Positions 33,467 through 47,291 of a DNA stretch of 64,000 bases are shown here, in pieces. Origin of the DNA: the human T2T-CHM13v2.0 reference genome, Homo sapiens; NCBI RefSeq assembly GCF_009914755.1, contig NC_060931.1. One strand, 5' to 3'. A model generated the notes under the pieces. That model ran no database searches. It had not been told where the DNA came from and saw only the letters and a program-made list of their open reading frames with translations. The translations under genes and the position numbers were made by a program. Positions within the stretch are counted from its first letter, which is position 1. Each line of letters starts with the position of its first letter.

Positions 33467-33771
33467 GGCCAGGCGCGGTGGCTGATGCCTGTAATCCCAG
33501 CACTTTGGGAAGCCGAGGCGGACAGATCACAAGGTCAGGACATGGAGACCATCCTGGCTAACAGGGTGAAACCCCATCTCTACTAAAAATACAAAAAATT
33601 AGCTGGGCGTGGTGGCCAGCGCCTGTAGTCCCAGCTACTCTGGAGGCTGAGGCAGGAGAACGGCATGAACCTGGGAGGGAGGAGCTTGCAGTGAGCCGAG
33701 ATGGCGCCACTGCACTCCAGCCTGGGTGACAGAGTGAGACTCCATATAAAAATAAATAAATAAATAAATAA
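33467..33771 (+). mobile_element. AluY
   Basis: ACCATCCTGGCTAAC, GGCATGAACC, GGAGCTTGCAG diagnostics. Confidence 0.9.
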
Positions 33772-33979
33772 GACCTCATATTTGCTAGCACAAAAGTGTG
33801 ACTGTAGTCAAAAATAATTTATACATCTAAAAATAGCTAAAGGAGTATAATTGGATTTTTTGTTACACAAATGATAAATGCTTGAGGGGATAGATACCCC
33901 ATATACCCTGGTGCAATTATTATGCATTGCATGCCTCTATAAAAATATCTCATGTACCCCATTAGTATATAAGTGTAAC

Positions 33980-34267
33980 CCACTGGGCATGGTGGCTCAT
34001 GCCTGTAATCCGAGCACTTTGGGATGCTGAAGCAGGAGGATCCCTTAAGCCTGGGAATTTCAGGCAAGCCTATGCAACATGGTGAAACCCAGTCTCTACA
34101 AAAAAAACAAAAATTAGCTGGATGTGGTGGTATACATCTGTAGTCCCAGCTACTCGGGAGGTGGAGACAGGAGGATTGCTTCAGCCCAGTAAGTTATAGC
34201 TGCAGTGAACTGTGATCATGCCACTGCACTTCAGCCTGGGCAGCAGAGTGAGATCATGCCTCAAAAA
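33980..34267 (+). mobile_element. AluJ
   Basis: GGAGGATCCCTTAAGCC, GCTGCAGTGAACTGTGATCATG. Confidence 0.85.
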
Positions 34268-34985
34268 TATATATGTTATTTATATTAATTAATATATATT
34301 TATATTATTTATAATATTTATATATATAATATATAATATAATTATATTATATAATATATTATATATCATATAATATATTATATAATTATATATTATATTA
34401 TATAATTATTAATTAATATAAATTATTATTTATCATGTATACATTATATGTAATATCATTTATATAATATACATGTATTATTTATAACATATAAATATAT
34501 ATTATTATATTATAAAAATATACACAAATATGTTTATATATAAATATATAATATTTTATATATATTATGTAAAATATTTTATATATTATATATATAATAT
34601 TTTATATAATATATATAAAATATTTTATATATTATATATAATATTTTATATATTATATTATAATTTTATATATTTATATATAAATTTATATATTTATAAT
34701 TTTATATATTTATATATTATATTATATATTATATATATAATATATATATAATATATAAAATATTTTTTATATATAATATTTTATATTTATATATAATATA
34801 TAAAATATATAAAAATATATATAATATATAAAATATATAAAAATATATATAATATATATTATATATAAAAATATATATAATATATATTATTTATATATGT
34901 AAATATAGATTATGAATCATATTATTTTTATATTTTTATATAATATATAAAACATATATATTATGTTACATATTTATATATATCT
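34268..34985. repeat. (TA)-rich low-complexity tract
   Basis: ~700 bp nearly pure A/T grown from the Alu tail. Confidence 0.95.
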
Positions 34986-35356
34986 CATAAATATATACAC
35001 CGAATATGCACCCACAAAAGCTTAAAATAAAAAACTATTTTAAAAAAGCAAGAGGTAACAAATTCTTCCCCAGAAAAGGCTTCACAAAAGAGAGGATGTT
35101 TGAGATTCATTTTGCAGACACTTTGGCCAGCCAGAGAAGACAAGGCTTTAGGCTGATGGGCTCCTATGCAGATGCCATAATGTTATGCCCATCTGCATCA
35201 TGGCTGTGTTTTCCTGGCAAAAGCCACTCATATAATTCCTTATGTGCTGCTGAACGGGTCTCGCTGACACAATACAGCCTGACAGAGTGGAGACAGCCAG
35301 CTACAAAGCATCAGAATGCTGGCTTCTAGCCCCAGGAGTACAACTGCGAGCATGTC

Positions 35357-35830
<474 letters not shown>

Positions 35831-37700
35831 GCGAGTATATCTTATCCTCTTTCCGAGCCTTAATTACTCCGTCTGTAAAACAGGCACGATGATCCCATTC
35901 AAATGAAAATTCGAGTATGACAGTATGACAGTATTTTGAAACTCTATTGTAGTCCCTCTACCAGGGTTTTTCTTTTCTTGGCTCTGGTCCAAATTCTCTA
36001 CTGTTACTTAAGGTTTATCGTGATCTATTGCTTGAGTCCCTCTTTCTCTCCTTCAAAGAGATTATTGCTTTCATGTTGAAAGAAAAACTGCAACCCCACT
36101 GCTAACCCAAAGGGGAGTGGACAGAGCCATGTGTGGGAGAAGCAGTTAAATCATAAAATAATAGCAGGGGGCTGAAATTGCCCCTGACTGCCCATTGCTG
36201 CTCTCATTTTTATAGTCCATTAAAACCTACAATCACTGTAATGTTTATGCATTATTGGGGAGATAAATTGCATAATTTTCATTTTGCAATTTAAATGTAA
36301 TTATGATCTTACTAATGACTAAAACCTGAATTTGCTAGGCTATCAGTTTTTCTAACCCTTGCCAAAATTATAGGTAATTACTTAAGGCTTACAATAATTA
36401 TAAGTCCATCTCTTAAATAATTAATGTGCACTTTCATGGTACAAAACAGCTAGTAATCAAACGACCTCTGCTTACACTGCAAACTCAAGCAATTAAGCCT
36501 ATTGTGTAGAACTATGGAAATATACCCATTTGCAAGAGTCCTTCCATTGGCAAGCTAAAACATGAGGTTGCTGTGTTTTATAGTATCAAATAAGGACGAA
36601 TTCCCCTGCTGCCAAAAGGCCAGAAAAAGAAAGTGATCCACAAAATTGTAGGAAATGTAATCTGAATCTACACAACACTATTGTAGCTGGTGGGAGACAG
36701 GCTGAGGAGCAGGAGGAAAACAGAGAATGCTTCCGGCTATGGACTTGAAATAAATGTGAAATGGATCTAGTTTTCACAAAAGAGCTAAGAGTGGGGTGTG
36801 ACTAGAACTTATCACCTGCCTTTTCGTCTTTATTTTCTTCTTGAGGGGACATGCAATTCCTTCCCTAACAAACATATAGCATGGAGCTGAACTTCTGTGA
36901 CACAGGGATAAATAAGGTCGAGTTTTTGCCCTTGAGAAATTAACCTACTAGTGTATGTTATGAGATAGGCAAGCAGAAAATCAGAATAAACCCTGATAAG
37001 TGCTGCAATTTCCCACAGAGGGGTGGTGGCAGATATGCAAGCACTGAGCCACAAATAGTGTTTCTTAATATTTGTTATTCTGCTCACAAAGAGTCTCTAA
37101 AGGTTCCTGAGAGTGGAACTGGCCAGTAAGGGATATTCCAAGGACCTGAGCTGCTCCTGCCCTGGGGTTTTGGCTCACAGTGACTTAGCACAATGAGTAT
37201 CACATCCAGATCAGAACACCAGATATTCTTGATGTAGGAAACGTTCCAAAATGAATTCCTGGAGTCATCTCCTTCTCACTGCTTTGTGTTCATTTTTTGC
37301 CTGCTCAGCTCTTTCTATCCTGATCACACCCATTAGCCAAGATTCAGCACCACTACCTTCTCCTCCAAGAAGCCTGCTCCAATACTACAGAGCTCTTCAA
37401 AAGTTCCCCTCTTTATACATAAACTTATCTGAAGGGTGTTGTGATGAGTCACTTTATATCGCACCGTGGCAGGCTCACAGTGCCCAGATATATGGTCAGA
37501 CATTATTCTGGATGTCTCTGTGAGGGTGTTTGTGGATGAGATTAACATTTAAACAGTGGACTTTTGAGTGAAGTTGATTACATGCCATAATGTGGGTGGG
37601 CCTCATCCAATCAGTTGAAGGCACTCATAGAACAAAGGTTGATTGCTCTCAAGCAAGAAGGACTTCTGCTAGCAGGTAGATATTGATCAAGCCAAATTGT

Positions 37701-38124
37701 TGATATTGCTTGGATTTGTGTCCCTGCCCAAATCTCATGTCGAATTGTAATCCCGTGCTAGAGGTGAGGCCTGATGGGAGGTGATTCGATCATGGGGGTG
37801 AAGTTCTCCTGAATGGTTTCACACCATTCCCCTTTGGTACTGTACAGTGAGTAAATTCCAATGAGCTCTAATTGTTTAAAAGTGTGTAACACCTCCTTCT
37901 GCCGTCTCTTGGTCCAGTTCCTTGGTCTAGCTCCTGCCATGTAAGACACCTGCTCCTACTTTGCCTTCCTCCATGAATAAAAGCTTCCTAAGCCCTCCCT
38001 GGAAGCAGATACTGCCATGCTTTCTTTACAGCCTGCAGAACCATGAGCCAATTTAACCTCTTTTCTCTGTAAATTACCGCGTCTCAGGTATTTCTTTATA
38101 GCCCTGAAAGAACAGACTAATGCA
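37701..38124 (+). mobile_element. MSTA MaLR solo LTR
   Basis: GGATTTGTGTCCCTGCCCAAATCTCATGTCGAATTG...ACAGACTAATGCA. Confidence 0.85.
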
Positions 38125-38230
38125 AATATCCTTCTCTGGGTCTCCAGCCCACCAGCCCACTCTTCAGATTTTGGGCTTGCCAGCCTCCATAATCACATGA
38201 CCAATCCCTTAAAATCTCTCCTCTCTCTCT

Positions 38231-38238
38231 TGATAGAT

Positions 38239-38286
<48 letters not shown>

Positions 38287-38395
38287 TAGTAGAGATGATA
38301 CAGACAGATATGTAGGTAGATAGGTAGAGATCGATAGGTGATTGAGATAGGTAGGTAGAGAGGATAGAGATAGTAGGTCGATAGATAGATAGATG

Positions 38396-38434
<39 letters not shown>

Positions 38435-38603
38435 TAGATAGATAATTGATAGAGACAGATGGGTAGATACTAGGTATGTAGATATAGATAAATATGTAAA
38501 TAGAGATAGGTAGATAGATAGATAGATAGACATAGCTAGATGATAGCTTGCTAGCTAGCTAGATAATTGATAGAGGTAAGTAGGTAGGTAGAGATAGATA
38601 GAT

Positions 38604-38647
<44 letters not shown>

Positions 38648-38980
38648 TACATAGATGGATAATAGCTTGTTAGCTAGCTAGCTAGATAATTGATAGAGAT
38701 AAGTAGGTAGGTAGATAGATAGATAATTGATATAGATAGATGATAGATAAATGGATAGTAGGTAGTACATAGATATTGATAATTTAGATACATAGATGAT
38801 AGATAAATACATGATAGACAGATACATATTGACAGAGATAGATGATGATCAATAAATATAGATAGATGATAGGTGATAGTAAAGAGAGAGAGATAGATAG
38901 TAGATATATATAGATAGATTAGATAGATACATACATACATATAGAGAGATAAATAGATAGAGAGATGGATGGATAGACAG
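38231..38980. repeat. Complex (GATA)n/(TAGA)n microsatellite
   Basis: ~750 bp of perfect and degenerate GATA arrays. Confidence 0.95.
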
Positions 38981-39513
38981 ACGCAAACACACATACACAT
39001 CCTATTAGTCATGTTTCTCTAGGGAACCCTGACTACACTACACAGGTGTCTTGGTTTAATGTTACCTGACTTAACTGTAGTCTCCCATGCTCCAAGAAGA
39101 ATTTGGACCCTGCAGCCCTAAGATCTTGTCCTTATCCATCTGAATCCTTGTCCCTTCAGTAATAATTCTAATATGGGCTTAAAATAATCTCATCCCAGGG
39201 GTGTACACTCTGGAAAACCAAAATACCTTTAGGATTCAAAGCTTGGGTAGAAGTTATTTGAGAAAATAGTGGACAAACACCGAAGCAGAAATCCCTGCCA
39301 AATTCCTTGTCTCCATGAGGTCAGGCTTCATGGACATGTGCTCTTGCAGAACTATATTTTCTTGTTGAAGCACTTATCTCAATGAATTGATTTTTAAATG
39401 TAATATTTGTCTTTTATGTGCCTCCCCGTGAGACTGCAAAACTCCAAGTGCATAGGGACCAACCGTATCTGCAGTAAGCTCAATGGTTCAATAAATATAT
39501 GCTGTCTAAATGA

Positions 39514-39865
<352 letters not shown>

Positions 39866-40937
39866 AACATTTCTTTTTAATGACCTGATTCAAGCCATCA
39901 ACCTCTCCACCACCACCACCACCGTTTCTCTCCACACAAACCATTAAAATTACAGCCAATCTAGAATTATAAAGAAACTCCCAGAATTTCGTATTAGAAA
40001 GGGACCACCCTCTTCACAAAGCCCATCTTCTCTGCCTTATCATCTGCTCATCCCACTCCCATCTCTCACCAATGGGCCACGTGGATTCCACTCCACGGAA
40101 GATTTATTCGTCGGGCAGCTGTAATCTGGGTCACTGACCCAATAGGTGGAGGATACTCTTGCTGAACCATTGCAGCTCAGATCGTCCCCACAGAATGTGG
40201 ACTTCCTTACAAAGAAGCAGCAGGAGGAACTCTCCAGTGAGTTGAGATTTAAGGATCTGGATCCAGTTATTTCTCCTTTACCTCCATGACAAAAAAGTTT
40301 CCAGATGCATCTCTTCTACCTGCCAGAGTGGAAAGGAAGACTATCTGCTCATTTCCTCTTTTTAGAACTTTCTATCTTTCCATCTATGCCTCTAGTCGCA
40401 TCGTATGTGCCAAAGGGTTTTCTGGTGTATTATTAGTTCTCCCTGCCTTTGGATTTCTGTTAGAATTTGTTCTTTTAAGTCCCGTACTTATCTGATTCCA
40501 GAGCAGAGTGTGGTCAACAAAGGGCAGCTGTAAAAGGAGTGCTATTTCCTGCTGTTTCTTGTGATCCCCGCGATGCTTTCTCCAAGGACAAGAAAGGCAT
40601 CTGTTCAGAAAGCGAACGCGGTCAAGAGCAGGCAGGGTCAATCCGTAGGAGTCCTCTCCTCAGGCGCTTGGACTTGACTTTGGCCTGACATTTAAGAGGA
40701 GCCTGTGCTTAGCTCTGGGAGGTAAAGGATAAAACCAAGAAGCCTCTGTCTTGAGATGTCTGAGTGAAGAGGCAACCATTTCATCTTGAAGCAAAGACAA
40801 TAAAACCTAGGACTGTGGATAGGAGTAACCCATTGTGGGACCCTTGAAAATGGACTTCATGCCCTTGTTTCAGCTTTCTCCCTTGGTGAATTTATAGAGT
40901 TCCTGATGGAATGCATTGTGATATGGTAGACCCTATC

Positions 40938-41066
40938 TTTTTTTAAATTTTTTTTTTCAGAATGGGGTCTCACTGTGTTGCCCAGGCTGGTCTCAAGCTC
41001 CTGGGCTCAAGTAATTCTCCCATCTTGGCCTCCCAAAGTGCCGGGATTACAGCCCATGGCTGGCCT
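40938..41066 (-). mobile_element. FLAM/Alu left monomer
   Basis: Single reverse monomer; TSD ~GACCC(T/C)ATCTTTT. Confidence 0.8.
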
Positions 41067-42153
41067 GACCCCATCTTTTCTGCAGAGATACTCAGGCAGT
41101 TAAGAGATTGAATTCCAACCCCAACTCCTCCACCTACTGCTGTATCCTTTTAAGGGAAGTCACTTTTCCTCTCTAGGCCTCACTTTTGCAAAGATAAGTG
41201 TTAAAAGGCTCTATTTCTGGCAAACTTTGATTCAAAGATCTGACTTCTCCCACCAGGACCTCCAGTGAATGGCAAGAGACTTACATTTCTTAATTATAAT
41301 CAGCAGGCTATCGAAAATGGTATATTTTTGCAGCAAAGAGAGATTGTATTGTCCCCACCCTTCCATGTGAAAGATTCGTTGGATGTCAGCATGTAGGATT
41401 GCCTGAAATCTGAAGTTTCTGAAGAAGCCATCCAATAATTTCTCAAAATCCCCCAAAGCACCTTTGGTTGTATCCCCAGTCTCTTCTTCACAGATGGGAG
41501 CCCTATGCCAGTTCTCAAAGTGGTGCTTGACAGATTCCACCTCTTCTGACGATCAGACTGTGCGTTGGCCTCATGGAAGCTTGGGAGTCTGTGGTTAGAC
41601 ACCGTATCCAAGCCGTTAGCTTCACACCTCCTCACCCTTAAGCAGAGGATCTGACTCAAAGGATAGTGCAGACTCTGTTGCCATTTGGCAAGATATTGTC
41701 TTCCAAGACAAGCTGAAATTCTCATTCTGCAGCATGGGATGGGAATCATCCCTCACGAATCCAAAAGATCAAAACTCGTGGAGCTTCTCCTTCCCAAGTT
41801 AGAGGCATGCAACCAATCAGTTCCTGGTTGCCCCAGCCCCACCCAAATTCATACCAAAGACTTGAAAATCCACTAGTTTGGTCCACATGATTCTTGAGCC
41901 AATGGGAATCTGTCTTGAGATTAAGCAGGTGGGGTCTGGGAACAGATAGTAGACCCTAAGCTGCAGAAGGCCTTGCCAGTGCTTACTGCTTTCTTATGTC
42001 CCAATTTCTGGTATAGATGATTATCTTGCATTGTCAAAACTGGAGCATCACTCTTGACTGTGGGCAGGGCCACAGACTTCTACATGAAGAGAAAATATGA
42101 CCATAAGCAATAAACTTCAGAATCCAATGGATTTGGTTCCAATTCCACCTGTA

Positions 42154-42457
42154 GGCTGGATGCGGTGGCTTACATCTAGAATCCCAGCGCTTTGGGAGGC
42201 CAAGGCAGGTCGATTACTTGAGGTCAGGAATTCAAGACCAGCCTGGTCAACACAGTGAAACCCCATCTCTACTAAAAATACAAATATTAGCTGAGTGTGG
42301 TGGTGTGTGCCTGTAATCCCAGCTACTTGGGAGGCTGAGGCAGGAGAATTGCTTGAACTGGGAGGCGGAGATTGCAGTGAGCCAGGATTGTGCCACTACA
42401 CTCCAGCCTGGGCAACAAGAGCGACACTCCATCTCAAAAAAAAAAAAAAAAAAAAAG
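42154..42457 (+). mobile_element. AluS
   Basis: Full Alu plus polyA. Confidence 0.93.
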
Positions 42458-43125
42458 GTGCAGGTGCAGTGTCTAGCACATGGTAGGTACTTAATACATG
42501 AGAGGTATTATAACAATTACTATTAGGTACTGGCACTTTAGGGACTGTTTTCAAGTTCTACTTCCTATCCACCAAACGGAGATCCCATGCCCGTCTTGAT
42601 TTCCTCTGAGGAATTTGCCATTGCTTTCTACATAACATTACTTCTCCCTAACCAACGCTTTGGTTAACTTAGTCTTATTGCATCTCAACTCCAGGTTCAC
42701 CCTTCAACTTTCCCCTGACTCCAGCTCTAAAACTGGCAGGCCAAGTGCTCTCACCTTCCCAGGCTTGGCTTCCAGAGCCCCAAGTCATCAAGAAACTGGC
42801 CCCCAGTCAGGTTCCCTCTTCCTGGCTGGGTTTTGTAGCAGTCCCCTGACTAAGATGAGCCCAGATCTGAACCTCAGTCCTCTGCTTGGATTTGGTCATA
42901 CTACCTTTTACCAAGCCTTTTCTCTAGGAGAGTCTATTGTCTCTACTCTCAGCCATGTCTCTTGGCCCAAACTAGATACTGCCTGTTGCCTCTCAGCTAT
43001 CTGTAAGGCCAGGAGGACTGTCTCAAAGGCTCACTGACTACAGCAGAGCTGATGCCAACATGGACACTATTTAGTACCAAGCCTACACTGACCATAGTTC
43101 TTCAAACACTGATATGGACCATTGG

Positions 43126-43799
43126 TCTCTCTCTCTCTCCTTTCTCTCTACCTCTCTCTCTTTCTCTCTATACTCTTTCTTTCCTTCTTTCTTTCTTTTT
43201 CTTCCTTCCTTCCTTTCTTTTCTTTTCTTTCTTTCTTCTTTCTCTTTCGTCCTTTCTTTTTTCTTTCTCTTCTTTCTTTTCTTTTCTTTCTTTCTTTCTT
43301 TCTTCTTTCTCTTTCATCCTTTCTCTCTCTTTCTTTCTTTCTCCCTCTCTTCCTGTTTCTCTGTCTCTCTTTTGTTCTTTCTTCCTTCCTTTCTTTTCTT
43401 TCTTTCTTCTTTCTCTTTCCTCCTTTCTTTCTTTCTCCCTCTCTCCTCTTCTTTCTCTGTCTCTCTTTCTCTTCCTTCCTTTCTTTCTTTTCTCTTTCTT
43501 TCTTTCCTCTTTCTCTTTCTTCCTTTCATCCTATCTTTCTTTCTTTCTTTCTCCCTCTCTGTTCCTCTTTTTCTGTCGCTCTCTTTTTTCTCTTTCTTTC
43601 TTTCTTTCTTTCTTTCTTCTTTCTTTCTTTTTCTCTCTTTGTTGCTCTCTCTTCCTCTTTCTTTTCCTCCTCTCCATTTTTCTGTCTCTTTCTCTCTCTC
43701 CTTGTCCCCCTGCCTTCTCTCACCCTTTCTTTCTCTCTTTGTTGCTTTCTCTTTCTCTCTCTTTCCTTCCCTCTTTCTTTTTCTGTTTATCTCTTTCTC
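43126..43799. repeat. CT-rich (TTTC/TC) low-complexity tract
   Basis: ~670 bp polypyrimidine. Confidence 0.95.
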
Positions 43800-44472
43800 A
43801 GGGACCCTCTGACCAGGTTTGCCTCTGTCTTTCTCCCCTTTCCTCAAACCCAGAGCTCTGGATTTGTTATTTACAAGCCCAACAGAAAAAGGGCATCTCT
43901 AGGCTGTATAACTTTCCCAGTGTAGTAGCACAAGAAGGCAGCCATGATTTCTTACCAAGGAGAGACCAATTTTAAATCTCCGCTGGGTTTTGCATGAAGG
44001 AGCTGATGATTTCATGATACACTTCTATTTATTTTATAAAAGAAGACATAGTGGACCGACTGGGGAAATCTCATGGAATAGAATACTATTCATTGATATA
44101 AATGGATGAGATTATTCTCGTGCATAAGGCTGGAAAACATGTCTCTTCTGTTCTCTGGGTCTGTTACAAAAATTGTAATCCAAGTCACAACATTCCCTGA
44201 CAAATCCTGGCGTGGGTATTCATAGAATAAGGAAACATTTCCAGGGACATTTAACTCCAGAGCCTGTGCAAGTGAACCAATCATTTTAAAGAGTGTCTTT
44301 GGCTAGCAAAAATAAAGAAATCGCTTCTTCTGTCACCCAGCCTCCTTTTTCTTCTCACGGATAGTGGTGCAAAGAGAATCAAAAACCCCTTTTACTCTTA
44401 ATTAAAGGTAACTGGGCCACTTAAGATCATATACAGAGTACCTTTTAAAAATAAATGTATTATCTGCATTGA

Positions 44473-45269
<797 letters not shown>

Positions 45270-45633
45270 GATGCTAACAGGCCTGCAACCTGCATTTTTG
45301 CCTCACTGTGATAACGTCTGGTGACCTTGGCCAAGTCAAACACCTCCAGCACCAGTTTTCCTTTTGTGGGGCTAAAAAAGCAATCCCTATTCCACTTTTC
45401 CAGAAGAAAAATCTTTAGGCCCATGATGGTTACCCTAATGGACTCCCCAAGAATGCTGACTGTCAGTAGCAGGTGCAGAGACTCCCAGAGTTCCTAGAAG
45501 ACCAAAAGATGGTTTCCAAAGAGCTGGCTGTAGTAACACCTGTACAGTTGCCCCCCACTTATTCGTACAGAATACTTTCTAAAACCGCCCAGGGGATTTC
45601 TCAAACCATAGATAGTACTGAACCCCATCTATA

Positions 45634-45961
45634 CAGTCATGCATCACTTAACCACGGGGATGCATTATGAGAAATGTGTCATTTGGTGAATTGGTTACTG
45701 TGTGAACATCATGGAGTGTACTTACACAAGCCTTGATTGTACAGCCCACCATACACCTAGGCTATATGGTCTCACCTATTGTTCCTAGGCTACAAACCTG
45801 TAAAGCATGTTACTGTATTTAATACTGTAGGCAATTGTAACACGATGGTAAGTATTTGTGTATCTAAACTTATCTAACATAGGAAAGCTACAGTAACAAT
45901 ACAGTATCATAATCTTTTGAGACTGTCATTGATTAAAATTCTGTTATTCAGCACATAACTG
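45634..45961 (+). mobile_element. Tigger3a/MER7A-like MITE
   Basis: CAGTCATGCATCACTTAAC...GGCTACAAACCTGTA...GCACATAACTG. Confidence 0.75.
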
Positions 45962-46107
45962 TTCTATGTTTTTTCTATGCAGACATACCTATGATAAAGT
46001 TTAATTTATAAATTAAGCACAGTAAGAGATGAACAACAATAACTAATAAGAAAATCAAACAATTATAGCAATATACTGCAATACAACATACAAAATACTG
46101 TCATATT

Positions 46108-46407
46108 GGCCAGGCATGGTGGCTCACGCCTGTAATTCCAGCACTTTGGGAGGCCGAGGCAGGCGGATCACAAGGTCAGGAGTTCGAGACCAGCCTGACC
46201 AACATGGTGAAACCCTGTCTCTACTACAAATACAAAAATTAGCCAGGCATGGTGGCACATGCCTGTAATCCCAGCTACTCAGGAGGCCAAGGCAAGAGAA
46301 TCACTTGAAACCAGGAGGCAGAGGTTGCAGTGAGCCAAGATTGCGCCACTGCACTCCAGCCTGGGTGACAGAGTGAGACTCCATCTCAAAAAACAAACAA
46401 AAAAAAA
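46108..46407 (+). mobile_element. AluS (Sg-like)
   Basis: TSD AAAATACTGTCATATT. Confidence 0.95.
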
Positions 46408-46878
46408 TACTGTCATATTTTCAGACTGTGAGTAACTGCTGGTAACTGAAACTGCAAAAAGCGAATAAATAAATAAATGTATTTCACCACAAATAAAGCT
46501 GGGCTACAATACTGAGTTTCGTGTTGGTGTTGCCCTGAACCAAGCCATTTCACAAGCACCTTTCCCTTCCTTCTTCTGCGCAAGAATTTCCATCTTCCTG
46601 CCTACTGTCCAATGAGTAGCTCTTTATCCAGTGAAAACGAGCATTCCTTCATAGACATTTAATAATGATTAGATTGGCTTGGATTAGCAAACCAAGCCAT
46701 TCATTTCCATTTATGAATGTGACTGACAGTCTTTATGTCTTCCAAAGTTGAAATGTAGCTACTGCTTGATGAATATAGTCTACCATTTCAGCCCACACTG
46801 TGTTCTCACACTAAGGAGTGGAAGGCTGGGGGGTGTGGGGCGGCGGGCGTGGGGGGCGGGATGGGCAGTGGTGATTAA

Positions 46879-47193
<315 letters not shown>

Positions 47194-47291
47194 TATTCTA
47201 TCTATTTTTATTGTGCTCTCTGATGTGGGGTATGCATTGTGTACAGAGGGTGAGGGGAGAGTGTCATTCACACAGGCTCCATGTTGACCAC

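Larger units (their letters stand above)
32781..35050 (+). mobile_element. L1MA-type 3' end (ORF2 tail + 3'UTR), interrupted by two Alus and an AT tract
   Basis: CATCAGAGAAATGCAAATCAAAAC, GATCCTGTCATTTGCAACAACATGGATG, ...CACCCACAAAAG..AAAATAAAA. Confidence 0.88.
37440..39040 (+). mobile_element. MLT2 (MLT2D-like) LTR, interrupted by MSTA and a GATA tract
   Basis: GTGGGTGGGCCTCATCCAATCAGTTGAAGGC...CCTATTAGTCATGTTTCTCTAGGGAACCCTGAC. Confidence 0.75.
45545..46508 (+). mobile_element. Tigger2-derived MITE (MER8/MER28-like), interrupted by Tigger3a and an Alu
   Basis: TA|CAGTTGCCCCCACTTAT, GATAGTACTGAACCCC, ATGATAAAGTTTAATTTATAAATTA. Confidence 0.6.

Noticed and set aside
43052-43975. 307-aa and overlapping long ORFs (S/F/L- or R/K/E-rich)
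   Set aside because: Artefact of the CT-rich tract, which cannot form stop codons; open in all frames.
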